A stretch of DNA of 64,000 nt from an uncultured Gemmatimonadales bacterium (GCA_963795085.1 CAWCFX010000001.1:192001-256000), one strand, 5' to 3'. Counted from the stretch's first letter, positions 40,243-50,473 are shown. Numbers and translations: made by a program. The notes: generated from the sequence alone by a model not told the origin.

Positions 40243-40391
40243 AACCTTTCTGGAACAAAACGCCGCCACCTGACATATCTCTCACCGTTTCCGTACCCCG
40301 GCCTGACATTCTGATTCGTCTATTGGAGAAGCGCCCCGAAAAGTTCGCGCGGCGTTTCTGCAGTTCCAGCCATTCGACAGGGGAGGTCGGT

Positions 40392-43300
40392 ATGCGCGTG
40401 TGTGGTCCAGTTGGCTTCGTTCGCCGGGCGCGGGAGTTCGCGCTGGCGGCGGTTGCGCTGGCAGTGAGCGCGGGTGCGCTCCTGGCCCAGGGCACCGGTA
40501 AGATCGAGGGGCGGGTCCGCGATCAAGCGGGCGCACCCATCGCCAATGCCCAGGTCACCATCGTCGGGAGCACGTTTGGTGCCCTGACGAACAACCAGGG
40601 ATACTACTTCTTCAACAACGTGCCGGTGGGTACGGCCAGTATTCGCGCCGCGTTCGTGGGTTACAAGTCGGCCGAGGCGCAGGGTGTGCGCGTCCTGGCT
40701 GGCCAGACCGTGACCCAGGACATCCAGCTCGAGCAGACGCCGTTCCAGGTCGACGAGATCACCGTGACGGCGGCCGCCACCCCGCTGGTGCCGCGCGACG
40801 AGGTCACCACCCGTCAGCGGCTGCAGGGCGACTACGTAGAAGCCCTGCCGGCGGACCGGATCAACAACATCCTTGCTCTGCAGCCGGGCGTCGTCGCGAG
40901 CCCGGGCGGGGGTGCGTTGTCCATTCGCGGTGGCCGTACCGAACAGGCCGCGACGTACGTGGACGGCGTCCCGGTCACCCCGGGGTACCGGGGCACCGGC
41001 TTCGGCTCGTCGGTAGGAAACGGCAACGGCGCCAATGGCCCGAACTCGGGGGTATCCATCGGCACCAACGCCTTCGAGCAGGCCTCGGTGACCACCGGCG
41101 CCTCCTCGGCCGAGTTCGGCAATGCCCAGTCCGGCATCATCAACATCGAAACCCGGACCGGAGGAAATTCCTTCCGCGGCAATGTGCAGTACGAAACCGA
41201 TGAGCCCTTTGGAGTCGGTCACAGCCTGGGCTTCAACCGGCTCGCAGCCAGCCTGGGAGGACCCACAGGTCTCAAGAACCTGACGTTCTTCCTTTCCGGC
41301 GTCCTGGAAGGCCGGCAGTCCCAGGCGGTCGGGTATGATGCCATCAATAGTCCACTGTTTCTCCCCGTCGGGATCGACACGACGGTTGCGGTGCCCAGCG
41401 CCATCAACGATCCCACTGCCGACACCACGTTCGTGGACGTCCAGGCCTATGCGATTGCGCGGGGCAAGTGCGACATCTTCTCAGGGAGCAGCAACAGCGA
41501 CATCGCCGACAATTACGGGGTAGAGTGCGCCGGCATCCGGGTGCCGGGAACCGCCTCGACCGTCTATCAGACGTCGGCCAAGCTCAACTATACCTTTGGG
41601 ACCGGCAGCCGGATCTTCCTGGCCTGGCAGGGCAGCCGGAACCACGGCCGGAACGGCGGCGGGTTCAATAACCCGCAGAACATCGGCGGTTTCCGGGTCA
41701 ACAACAGCAACTTCACTTTGGGGTGGACCCAGAACCTGAGTCGGTCCGCCGACCGGGCCCTGGCCCTGGACGCATATCTCTCTTACCAGATGGACCGGCA
41801 GCTGGGCAGCCTGCTCTCCCGGCAGTCCGAGCTGGATACCCGCGACCCGTTCGGCGGGTTCATCCTGGGCGGCCTCGATTTCCTGTGGGATTTCGACAAT
41901 TTCCCGCTCAATGAAGAGCTCATCAACAATTTCCGGAACAACATCCCGGGCAGCCGGCGCTCGCCGCTGGACCTCGAGAATACCAGCCAGTATTCATTGA
42001 TCAATTTGTATCGGAACAGTGCGTACGGGCTGGACGGGGGCTCGGAAACCGGCGGACCGGCGGGGGTCCTTACCATGTACCGGGAGAACCGGCTCCGCGG
42101 CAAGGCCAACCTCGACTGGCAGTTCGACCGCTATAACCGGCTCAAGCTGGGTGGTGAGTTCACCCGGTTTGATATCGGGAGTTATGCCCACGGACTGGCG
42201 ACGCAGGGCTTCTCGGAAGCCTTCATTGAGAAGCCGGTCTCGTACGACGTCTTCCTCGAGGACCGGCTGGACCTGGGCGACGTGGTCGTGGTGGGCGGCC
42301 TGCGGTACGACTTCTATGACTCCCGCGCGGCCCGGCCCTACGTGCTGGATACCGTGTCGAGTAACGCCACCTTCGGCCAGTACAGCTATTTCCCGACACC
42401 CAACAGCTACGGCTCGGGCGGAGTGATGTTCAACGGGCAGCCGCTGACGAAGTACGTGGATGACCCGACCCACGACTACCTGAGCCCCCACATCCAGGTG
42501 TCGTTCCCGGTCACCGACCGGACCAACTTCCGGCTCTCCTACGCCCACCAGGTGCAGGCCCCGGACTTCAACCTGATCCTGGGCGGCATCAACACCGACC
42601 TGCGGGTCACCAACACCAACCACGTGTACGGTTCCGACCTCGACTTCGGCAAGACCATCACCTTCGAGTTCGGCATCCGGCACGCCTTCAGCGACGACAT
42701 GGTGCTGGACATCTCGGCGTACAACAAGGACATCCTGTCCGACGCCGCGGGACGGCTGGTCTCGTTCCCGGACCCGGCCCGGCTGGGCGAGAACGTGGAC
42801 ATCCGGATCTTCACCAACGCCGACTTCGGCAACGCCCGGGGCATCGATCTCCGGCTGGACCGGCGGATCGGGCGGTTCTTCAACGGGGTCCTGAGCTACA
42901 CCTTCCAGGACGCCAAGAACACCGGGTCGGACCCGTTCACGTTCATCAACTTCGGCTCCCGGATCATCAACCAGATCTCGGGCGGCAACCAGCCGCCCCC
43001 GCAGAGCATTTTTCCGACGGCTAACAGCCGGCCGCACAACCTGGCGGGTTCCTTCGCGCTCACCGTTCCGAGCGACTGGAAGGAAGGCTCCACGATGGGG
43101 TCCATCCTCCGCGGGGTCGGCATTACGGCGCTGTTCCGCTACTCCAGTGGCACCGCCTACACCAAGTGCCCGGCGGAAACCGGCAACGAGGCCGTCATCT
43201 CGGGCGTTGTCTGCAATCGGGAGTTCGAGGGCGACTTCTTCGGCGCCCGACGGCCCGCCTTCAAGCAGCTGGACATGAAGTTCACCAAGGGCTTCGGCCT

Positions 43301-43742
43301 GGGTGGACTGGACATCACCGCGTACCTCGATGCCCGGAATATCCTGAACTTCAAGAACATCCTGAACGTCTTCGCCACCACCAATGACGTGGTGAACGAG
43401 CGCCTTCGGGCGCAGGAGAACGGGGAGGACAGCGTCGGCTTTGCCGAGGAGGGGGCCATTAACGGGGTCCGGCAGAGCGACGGGTCCCTGGACCTCCGTT
43501 TCGGCGGCGCAGTCGCCTCAGGCTGCGGGAACTGGGTCAATACCCAGTCCACGCCGACCGCGCCGAGCTGCGTGTACCTGATCCGGGCGGAAGAGCGCTA
43601 CGGCAACGGGGACCACATCTTTACCCTGGATGAGCAGCTCCGGGTCTCGGACGCGAACTACTTCGGCCCGTTCGGAGGGGGCATCAACGCCTTTACCGGC
43701 GAACCGCGCCGGTTGCGGCTGGGCCTGGAGGTGAACTTCTAG
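40392..43742 (+). CDS. Large TonB-dependent receptor (Oar-like) with N-terminal carboxypeptidase-regulatory-like domain
   Basis: GKIEGRVRD..GAPIANAQV, SIRGGR plug, AEFGNAQSGIIN, GLRYD, C-terminal LGLEVNF. RBS GGAGG. Confidence 0.9.
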   Translation: MRVCGPVGFVRRAREFALAAVALAVSAGALLAQGTGKIEGRVRDQAGAPIANAQVTIVGSTFGALTNNQGYYFFNNVPVGTASIRAAFVGYKSAEAQGVRVLAGQTVTQDIQLEQTPFQVDEITVTAAATPLVPRDEVTTRQRLQGDYVEALPADRINNILALQPGVVASPGGGALSIRGGRTEQAATYVDGVPVTPGYRGTGFGSSVGNGNGANGPNSGVSIGTNAFEQASVTTGASSAEFGNAQSGIINIETRTGGNSFRGNVQYETDEPFGVGHSLGFNRLAASLGGPTGLKNLTFFLSGVLEGRQSQAVGYDAINSPLFLPVGIDTTVAVPSAINDPTADTTFVDVQAYAIARGKCDIFSGSSNSDIADNYGVECAGIRVPGTASTVYQTSAKLNYTFGTGSRIFLAWQGSRNHGRNGGGFNNPQNIGGFRVNNSNFTLGWTQNLSRSADRALALDAYLSYQMDRQLGSLLSRQSELDTRDPFGGFILGGLDFLWDFDNFPLNEELINNFRNNIPGSRRSPLDLENTSQYSLINLYRNSAYGLDGGSETGGPAGVLTMYRENRLRGKANLDWQFDRYNRLKLGGEFTRFDIGSYAHGLATQGFSEAFIEKPVSYDVFLEDRLDLGDVVVVGGLRYDFYDSRAARPYVLDTVSSNATFGQYSYFPTPNSYGSGGVMFNGQPLTKYVDDPTHDYLSPHIQVSFPVTDRTNFRLSYAHQVQAPDFNLILGGINTDLRVTNTNHVYGSDLDFGKTITFEFGIRHAFSDDMVLDISAYNKDILSDAAGRLVSFPDPARLGENVDIRIFTNADFGNARGIDLRLDRRIGRFFNGVLSYTFQDAKNTGSDPFTFINFGSRIINQISGGNQPPPQSIFPTANSRPHNLAGSFALTVPSDWKEGSTMGSILRGVGITALFRYSSGTAYTKCPAETGNEAVISGVVCNREFEGDFFGARRPAFKQLDMKFTKGFGLGGLDITAYLDARNILNFKNILNVFATTNDVVNERLRAQENGEDSVGFAEEGAINGVRQSDGSLDLRFGGAVASGCGNWVNTQSTPTAPSCVYLIRAEERYGNGDHIFTLDEQLRVSDANYFGPFGGGINAFTGEPRRLRLGLEVNF

Positions 43743-43761
43743 CCAGCCTGCGGTGCGGCTG

Positions 43762-43805
43762 GGGGCTGGGGAGACCGGGTACAGGTCTCTCCAGCCCCTT
43801 GTCGT
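43762..43805 (+). terminator. Stem-loop after the TonB receptor gene
   Basis: GGGGCTGGGGAGACC / GGTCTCTCCAGCCCC followed by TTGTCGTTT. Confidence 0.55.
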
Positions 43806-43890
43806 TTCCGCCCCGGTGTCAGGGGCGGAGAGATGGACGTCTCTTATGCACGTCCGATACATGCGTCCCAGCAAGGAAGGCCGACTCCCT

Positions 43891-45318
43891 ATGGTGCATC
43901 TCGCGAAGTACCTGCTCGCCCTGAGCCTGGTCGCTCCCCCGCTCGTGAAGCCCGCAGGCGTGGAGGGGGTCAAGGTGCACACGGTCCGGTTCTACGACGC
44001 CGGGTCCGGCCTCACCCAGGTCCGGGCCTTTATCCAGATCCCCCTCGAGGCCCTCACCCCGACCGAAACATCGGAGAGCGGGATCATCGCCTACACCATC
44101 AGTATCGGGCTCCGGGACTCGGCTGGCGGGATGCTGTCGGAACTGGCATGGCCCAGCCAGCAGGTATCGGCGGCGGTACTTGGCCCCGGGGTCACCAGCA
44201 TCAACAGCATCGAGTTCGTGGTCCGGCCGGGGCGGTATCGGCTGGAAGTGAGCGTCCGGGACTCCGTGAGCGGCCTTCGGCTGGGCGCCGGGGCGGACCT
44301 GGTGGGCTTTCCGGGACAGCCGGCCGCTTCCGACCTGGTCCTCAGCCCCGGCATGCGGGGTCTTGGCGCTGATTCGTCCACCCAGGGGACAGAGTGGCGC
44401 ACCGGGTCGTTGCTGGTGACCTCGGCCGCCGAGCTGGTCCTGACGCCGGTGCGAAGCCGGGCGTTCTACCTGCTCGAGGCCTACAGCACGGCCGGCGACA
44501 GCGGCGCGATGTCCGTCGCCATTCGGGATTCCATGGGCCGGACCGTGGTGACGACCGCACCGGTGCCGGTGCGGGTCGGCCCCGGCGGCGGAGTGCTCCG
44601 CGGTCAGCTGGACATGGAAGGGCTGCCGGCGGGACGCTACTCGCTCGATGTCACCGTTCGGCTGGGGGGCGGTATCATCGAGCGGACCGGCTCCTTCGTC
44701 ATGACGGATATCGCGAGCACGCTGGCCCGCCACGCCGCCGAACTGCGCATGCTGGCCGCCACCGATTCCGGGTACTTCAGCCTCATGGACGAAAGCCAGC
44801 TGGACGCGGCATTCGAACCGCTCGGCTACATCGCTGGTGCGGGAGAGCTCCGGGCGTTCCGGCACGGCTCGATCGGGGCGAAGCGGCAGTTTCTCATCGA
44901 CTTCTGGCGGAAACGCGACCAGGACCCCGCCCAACCCGGGAATCAACTCCGGCAGGAGTTCTATGGAAAGATCGCCTACGCCGACAGCACGTTCCGCGAG
45001 CGTGGCGCACGGAGCCAGTCCGGCTGGAAAACCGACCGGGGCAGAATCTACATCCGCCTCGGCGGACCCGACGAGGTCCTGGACCGGGTCCGGGCCGGCC
45101 GGGCGCCTTCCTACCAGGTATGGCGGTTCAACCGTGGCAAGGCTCTCTATTACGTCTTCAGTGACCGGTCCGGCCTTGGGGCATACAAGCTGATGACGAC
45201 CAACGACCTCCTCGAGGCCGGCTCTCCGGACTGGAGAGACATCCTGGGAGCTGATGCCGTCCGGGACATTGGCCTTTTCCTAGGAATGGATTTCTTCGGG
45301 CGCGGGATGTCTCAATAG
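43891..45318 (+). CDS. GWxTD domain-containing protein
   Basis: FW.KRD.DP..P.N, GWKTDRGRIYIRLGGPD. N-terminal signal-like segment. Confidence 0.9.
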   Translation: MVHLAKYLLALSLVAPPLVKPAGVEGVKVHTVRFYDAGSGLTQVRAFIQIPLEALTPTETSESGIIAYTISIGLRDSAGGMLSELAWPSQQVSAAVLGPGVTSINSIEFVVRPGRYRLEVSVRDSVSGLRLGAGADLVGFPGQPAASDLVLSPGMRGLGADSSTQGTEWRTGSLLVTSAAELVLTPVRSRAFYLLEAYSTAGDSGAMSVAIRDSMGRTVVTTAPVPVRVGPGGGVLRGQLDMEGLPAGRYSLDVTVRLGGGIIERTGSFVMTDIASTLARHAAELRMLAATDSGYFSLMDESQLDAAFEPLGYIAGAGELRAFRHGSIGAKRQFLIDFWRKRDQDPAQPGNQLRQEFYGKIAYADSTFRERGARSQSGWKTDRGRIYIRLGGPDEVLDRVRAGRAPSYQVWRFNRGKALYYVFSDRSGLGAYKLMTTNDLLEAGSPDWRDILGADAVRDIGLFLGMDFFGRGMSQ

Positions 45319-45322
45319 AAGG

Positions 45323-45592
45323 GCGTGCCTGGACGACGCCACTCCTTCCACCAGCCCAGTTGGGGTTCCGAGAAACCGCGCCGGACCCGGCGCTCGCCCT
45401 GGCCTGCTTCCCGGAGCGGGCCGGACCGCTCCTTCCACAGCCGCCGGTTCCCGCGCGGTCCCGGGCCGGCTCCTGAGACATCCTACGCTCGCGCCGGGCG
45501 AGGCCTTCTCTCACACCTTTTCCCAGGCCGGGGACTTCGCCTATCACTGCGAGCCGCACCCCTTCATGACGGCGGCGGTGTCGGTGCAGTAG
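45323..45592 (+). pseudogene. Degenerate cupredoxin (plastocyanin/amicyanin-like) remnant
   Basis: Frame from 45482 reads PTLAPGEAFSHTFSQAGDFAYHCEPHPFMTAAVSVQ*, with type-1 Cu ligands C-x2-H-x2-M. I found no start codon in this frame between the upstream gene's stop and 45482. Confidence 0.68.
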
Positions 45593-45757
45593 CGCGGGGT
45601 TCGCTTAGTATTAATGGATGACCGGCTCACTCACCCTCCAGGGGTCCCCTGTCCGTTCGCAAGTCTTGCAACGCAGGGGCGCCCGTGGCCTGGTCTCTCA
45701 CACCGTCCTGAGACGTGAAAGGCCAGCGCCATGCCGGCGGTTCAAGGAATGGAACGG

Positions 45758-46432
45758 ATGAAGGAGTACCACATCGCGGTGCCCCGTACCGCCCGCTATG
45801 TGACCCTGGGTGATCCGGCGGCCGCTTCCCACGCCTGGTTTGCGCTGCACGGGTACGGCCAGCTGGCCTCGACGTTTGCGAGTTACCTGGCCACGCTCGA
45901 CACCGGCAACCGCCTCGTCGTGGTTCCCGAGGGACTGTCGCGGTTTTACCTGGACAGCGGCCGGGGAGCCATCGGCGCCAGCTGGATGACGAAAGAGGAC
46001 CGGGAGCACGAGATCGCCGACTACGTGGGCTACCTCGATCAGGTGTATCACGAGGCGGTGGGGCGGGTGTCCGGGCACCCGCGATGCTACCTGCTGGGGT
46101 TTTCGCAGGGGGTGGCCACCGCGACGCGATGGCTGGCCCGGGGGACCGCGCGCTTCGACGGGTTCTGCGCCTGGGCCGGGACGCTGGCTCCCGAGGTGTC
46201 CCTGGACGGGCCGCACCGCGCGCTGGCGGGGCGGCGCATTGCGGTGGTCGCCGGGCATCGCGACGAATACCTGACCAGTGACTGGCTGGCCCTGGAGAGC
46301 CGCCGCCTGGACGCCGCGGGGGGCAAGGTCCGCCAGTTCCCGTTTCACGGGGGCCACCGCATGGACCGCACCGTGCTCGCGGAAGTCGCCGCCTTTTTTG
46401 AAACGCCGGAAGGTCCGCCGCCGGCCGGCTAG
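45758..46432 (+). CDS. Phospholipase/carboxylesterase (alpha/beta hydrolase)
   Basis: LHGYG, GFSQG nucleophile, DEY, GGH. Confidence 0.85.
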   Translation: MKEYHIAVPRTARYVTLGDPAAASHAWFALHGYGQLASTFASYLATLDTGNRLVVVPEGLSRFYLDSGRGAIGASWMTKEDREHEIADYVGYLDQVYHEAVGRVSGHPRCYLLGFSQGVATATRWLARGTARFDGFCAWAGTLAPEVSLDGPHRALAGRRIAVVAGHRDEYLTSDWLALESRRLDAAGGKVRQFPFHGGHRMDRTVLAEVAAFFETPEGPPPAG

Positions 46433-46839
46433 CGGTCCTTGTCCCTGTAGCGGAGCAGGTCTCTCCGCTCTTTCTTTCCCGGTTTCCCTTTGTCAAAGGA
46501 AAAGGCGACCTTCGCCGACTTCATCTGGGCGGCCAGGGTTTCCCGGGCCTGCCGGCTTTCGGCTGTCTCCTCGTACAGAAGAGCCGCGCTGCTGGCCGGC
46601 CCCCGCCGGTTGCTGAGCGTCCTGACGGTGACCACGTGCTGATAGGGACCCAGGCGAACCTGGAGCCGGTCGCCGGGAGCCAGCCGCCGCGACCGCTTGG
46701 CCCGTTCCCCGTTGACCAGGACCTTGCCGCCGTCAATCGCCGACGCGGCCAGCCCCCGGGTCTTGAAGAACCGGGCCGCCCACAGCCACTTGTCCAGCCG
46801 AAAATCCCCGTCCGGTTCGTCGCTCACCGTTCGCTCCAC
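46429..46839 (-). CDS. hslR: Ribosome-associated heat shock protein Hsp15 (S4 domain)
   Basis: RLDKWLWAARFFKTR, GKV.VNG, RRGPAS.A..LYEET, GKPGKKERR. Confidence 0.92.
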   Translation of the reverse strand: MERTVSDEPDGDFRLDKWLWAARFFKTRGLAASAIDGGKVLVNGERAKRSRRLAPGDRLQVRLGPYQHVVTVRTLSNRRGPASSAALLYEETAESRQARETLAAQMKSAKVAFSFDKGKPGKKERRDLLRYRDKDR

Positions 46840-46848
46840 GCTGTCACC

Positions 46849-47406
46849 TCAGTACACCTCCCCGTTCATGTCCGCGTACAATTTCAGCACCGTCCGCGCC
46901 TCGTCCCGGAGAATCCCGGTTACGATCTCCACCCCTCTCCGCTCCAGGTAGCGATAGCTCTCCGGAAACACCGGCCCCTCGTCAAATCGGATCGCCTCGA
47001 CATCTTCCCGGGTCGCCCCCACCACCAGCCGGGTGACCCCGCTCCAGTGCGTGGCGCCCAGGCACATGGCGCAGGGCGCGCAGGAAGTGACCAGCTCGTA
47101 TCCCGCGCCCGGCTCTCCCTCGAGGGTGAAGGACTCCAGCGCGGATTCCGCCAGCATGATCGCCACCACTTCGGCGTGGAGGACCGAGTTTCGCATCGGC
47201 AGCACCAGGTTCACCCCGCCGGCCACCAGTCTCCCGGTTTCCTGCTCGAAGACCGCCGCCCCGAAGGGTCCTCCGGTCCGGCTCACGACGTTCTGCCGCG
47301 CCAGCGCGATGGCGAGGGCCATGCGCTGCTCCATGTCCTGGTAGCGGCCCGGTGGCGCGATTTCTTCCACCCAGGCGGGAACCTCCAGCAGAAGCCGCGT
47401 GGTCAT
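46849..47406 (-). CDS. Nucleoside/nucleobase deaminase (CMP/dCMP deaminase zinc-binding family)
   Basis: GGPFGA, HAE, PCAMC. Confidence 0.88.
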   Translation of the reverse strand: MTTRLLLEVPAWVEEIAPPGRYQDMEQRMALAIALARQNVVSRTGGPFGAAVFEQETGRLVAGGVNLVLPMRNSVLHAEVVAIMLAESALESFTLEGEPGAGYELVTSCAPCAMCLGATHWSGVTRLVVGATREDVEAIRFDEGPVFPESYRYLERRGVEIVTGILRDEARTVLKLYADMNGEVY

Positions 47407-47496
47407 CGATTCTCCTGTCGGTGCTGGAACATAGGGGATCGGTGGTCGGGAAATGGAGGGTCGGAGATTAACCGGCACCGTCACAACCCCGCGTGC

Positions 47497-47512
47497 TGTG
47501 AATTAGATCACA
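47497..47512. promoter_or_regulatory. CRP-type operator
   Basis: Perfect TGTGA-ATTAGA-TCACA in an AT-rich divergent intergenic region. Confidence 0.6.
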
Positions 47513-47641
47513 TCAGGCACTATCACTCGGCCCTATACTCGCTCCCTGTCTCCGGCTGGCCCAGTGGGGCAGCCTAAATCGTGGATTGAGATCCACCGCT
47601 ATTCCTTATATATGCCGCAAGGCTTGAATCGAGGTTCAACT

Positions 47642-48430
47642 ATGCACAAGAAACTCCTGATTGCCGCATGTTCGATGGCGGCCGCCCTTGTCCTATTGCC
47701 GGATACCGCGGCCGCACAAGTCGCGGATTCCGCAAAGAAAGATACCGCGACGGCGGCCGCGCCGATGCCGGCCGCGACTCCGGCTCCTGCCGTGAACGCC
47801 GCGGCGTCGAGCAAGGCCGCGATCAGCGATTCCGCTATTATCGCGATGCTGCAGCTGGGCCATACCCAGCAGATCGCGGCGGCTGAACTGGCCATCTCGC
47901 GGTCCGGGTCGGACCGGGTCAAGCGGTTCGCCGAGGAATTGAAAACCGATCATGGCACCGCCCTGGCCAAACTGCAGGAGTTCGCGGGGCGGATGCAGGC
48001 GCGCGAGAAGGGTATGTCGAGCGGTATCCCGGGGGATTCGGCCCGTACCGGCCGGGATAACAACGTCACCGGCCGTCGGGATTCGATGCCCAGGGACAGT
48101 GCCCGGGTCGCGGGCCAGCCGCCGCGGCACGACCAGATGGTGCACAAGCCGGGGACGCCGGATTCGGCGGTCGTGACGGCCCCCGCCGGCGCGAAGCCGG
48201 AGGTTACCCTGGACAACGTGTCCTCGCTCTCCGGCCACGAGTTCGATCACGGGTTCGTCCGGCTCCAGGCGGAGCACCACGAAACCGAGATCAACCACCT
48301 CCGGAATGATGTCATTCCGATGATCAAGAATTCCGATCTCAAGGCGCTGGTGCAGGCGGAACTTACGGTGCTGGGCAAGCACCTGCGCGACGCCCGGGAG
48401 CTGGAGGCGTTCCTGAAAACGACCAACTAG
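47642..48430 (+). CDS. Secreted DUF4142 (ferritin-like) domain protein
   Basis: Signal peptide, VKRFAEEL..DH, LSGHEFDHGF, LGKHL..A..L, with a long low-complexity insert. Confidence 0.8.
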   Translation: MHKKLLIAACSMAAALVLLPDTAAAQVADSAKKDTATAAAPMPAATPAPAVNAAASSKAAISDSAIIAMLQLGHTQQIAAAELAISRSGSDRVKRFAEELKTDHGTALAKLQEFAGRMQAREKGMSSGIPGDSARTGRDNNVTGRRDSMPRDSARVAGQPPRHDQMVHKPGTPDSAVVTAPAGAKPEVTLDNVSSLSGHEFDHGFVRLQAEHHETEINHLRNDVIPMIKNSDLKALVQAELTVLGKHLRDARELEAFLKTTN

Positions 48431-48768
48431 GACGGTTGCTGCCGGTCCAGGAGGCGCCCGGAAACGGGCGCCTCCTGTGCTATCCGGGTGCGTGGGGCCG
48501 CCGGTGTCCCGACCAACCTCAGCTTGTCGGTCCGGCTCATCCGCTTGATCGCGGCCTCCCGCCTGAGGGCGGCGGACCGGTCTCCCGCCGGCTCGGCATA
48601 CACCAGGACGACCGGGAGGCGCGCGCGGGTATAGGCGGCGCCTTTCCCGGTGTTGTGGGCCGCGATGCGGGCCTCCAGGTCGGTGGTGATCCCCGCGTAC
48701 AGGGTGCCGTCCCGGCAGCGCGCCAGGTACACGAACCAGTCCCGGCCGCTTTCTGGCTCAATGGTCAT
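48427..48768 (-). CDS. GIY-YIG nuclease family protein (UPF0213/YhbQ-like)
   Basis: WFVYLARCRDGTLYAGITTDL..R...HN.GKGA.YTR.R.PV, ALRRE..IK. Confidence 0.9.
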   Translation of the reverse strand: MTIEPESGRDWFVYLARCRDGTLYAGITTDLEARIAAHNTGKGAAYTRARLPVVLVYAEPAGDRSAALRREAAIKRMSRTDKLRLVGTPAAPRTRIAQEAPVSGRLLDRQQPS

Positions 48769-48814
48769 GGGTCATTATCTTAAGTGATCACCCGTCTCCA
48801 GCCCTAGAGGCCGC

Positions 48815-50473
48815 ATGGAAATACGCCGGAAGGCCCGGCGCACCTTCCCCGGCCAGCGAGTCCTGCTGGCCTGGCTGTTCGCTCTTCGCATCCTGCTGGC
48901 GGTCGGCGGCGTGGTGGCCGCCCTCCTCACCCGCAACCTGGGCGGGCCCGAAGCCGCGCTGATCATCATGACGGCGGCGCTCCTGGCCTTTATCATCACG
49001 CCCTACGCCTATTGGCTGGTCTGGATGAAGGAGCGGCAGCCGGGGCTGATCTTCTTCGGCCTCCAGGTGCTGGTGGACCTGTACCTCATTACCGCCATTG
49101 TCCACTACACCAGCGGCGCCCAGAGCGCGTTCACCTTTCTCTTCGTCCTGCTGATCGCGGCCTACACCACGCTGCTCTCCTTCCGGGGGGCGCTGGTCGT
49201 GGTCATCCTGGCGACCGTGGGCTATTTCGGCGACACCTACTACCTCCATCGCGATACGATCGGCGTGGCGTTCTGGGGCCAGCTGATCCTCTTCGGCTCG
49301 GTGTTCGCCATGATGGCGCCCATGGTGGCGCGCCTCCGGGAAGCCAGCGAAGAGCACGCATCCCTGGAGACCGAGTTGCGGCGGGTGCGGCTGGAGGCCG
49401 ATGACATTCTCCGGAACATCCGGTCCGGGGTGATCACGGTGGACGGGGCGGGACGGCTGGCGTTCATCAACCCGATGGCGGCGCGGCTGCTGGAAATCGA
49501 AAGCGAGCAGCTGACCGGCATGCCGGTGCTGGACCTGCTGAAACTGCGGTCTCCCGAACTCTGGGCCGCCATCGTGGCCGCGATCCGGCACGGCCGCAAG
49601 GTGAACCGGGCCGAAGGGATGGTCCAGCTGGCGGACGGCCGCATGTTTCCCATCGGCCTCAGCACCACCACGTTCGAGGACCAGGACCAGCAGCCGCCGT
49701 CGGTCACGGCTATCTTTACCGATATCTCGGACAGCAAGCGGATTCAGGAACTCCACCTTCGTGCCGAAAGACTGGAAGCGGTCGCGGCGCTCTCCGCGTC
49801 CCTGGCCCACGAGATCCGCAACCCCCTGGCCTCGATCCGGAGTTCGGTGGAGCAACTCGCCCGCTCCGCCCGGGCCGACGACGACGAGCGGTTCCTGGCC
49901 AGTCTCATCGTCCGGGAGAGCGACCGGCTGAGCCGGCTGCTGAGCGAATTTCTCGACTTCTCCCGGGTCCGGGTGACCCGCTTCGACCCGGTGGACCTGC
50001 ATGGGGTGGTCCTGGCGGCGGCCCGTCTGGTGCGGGAACACCCCGACGCGAAGATCGAAACCGAGATCGACGTTCGAGGCGGCCGGGCCATGATGGACGG
50101 CGACGAGGACCTCCTGCACCGGGTGGTGGCCAACCTGCTGCTGAATGCGGTGCAGGCGGCCAACGGCAAGGTCAAGGTGGTCGCCGTGACCGGCCCGGCC
50201 CACATGAGCGATCTCCCGGTCGGCTGTGTCATGGACAATCCGGTGCGGCTGGAGATCCGCGACAATGGCCCCGGCATTCCCGAGGAAGTCCGGGAGCGGA
50301 TCTTCGAGCCCTTCGTCACCGGCAGGACTGGTGGAACCGGGCTGGGTCTGGCCATAGTTCAGCGTGCCGTCGAGGCCCACCGGGGATTGGTGCTGGTGGA
50401 GTCGGCCCCCGGCCATGGCACTACGTTCACCATCTTCTTTCCGGCCCGGTGGTCGGCTGAGGAAGCGGCATGA
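48815..50473 (+). CDS. pilS: PilS-like sensor histidine kinase
   Basis: About six N-terminal TM segments, PAS, AHEIRNPL, GTGLGL. Coupled to an NtrC-type regulator upstream of the pilin. Confidence 0.8.
   Translation: MEIRRKARRTFPGQRVLLAWLFALRILLAVGGVVAALLTRNLGGPEAALIIMTAALLAFIITPYAYWLVWMKERQPGLIFFGLQVLVDLYLITAIVHYTSGAQSAFTFLFVLLIAAYTTLLSFRGALVVVILATVGYFGDTYYLHRDTIGVAFWGQLILFGSVFAMMAPMVARLREASEEHASLETELRRVRLEADDILRNIRSGVITVDGAGRLAFINPMAARLLEIESEQLTGMPVLDLLKLRSPELWAAIVAAIRHGRKVNRAEGMVQLADGRMFPIGLSTTTFEDQDQQPPSVTAIFTDISDSKRIQELHLRAERLEAVAALSASLAHEIRNPLASIRSSVEQLARSARADDDERFLASLIVRESDRLSRLLSEFLDFSRVRVTRFDPVDLHGVVLAAARLVREHPDAKIETEIDVRGGRAMMDGDEDLLHRVVANLLLNAVQAANGKVKVVAVTGPAHMSDLPVGCVMDNPVRLEIRDNGPGIPEEVRERIFEPFVTGRTGGTGLGLAIVQRAVEAHRGLVLVESAPGHGTTFTIFFPARWSAEEAA

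Noticed and set aside
45319..45630. Structured ncRNA (SRP, RNase P or 6S)
   Set aside because: No convincing conserved motifs; the cupredoxin remnant explains the region better.
48427..48768. GIY-YIG gene as a homing endonuclease or mobile element
   Set aside because: It is the short stand-alone UPF0213 type, with no intron, intein or terminal repeats.
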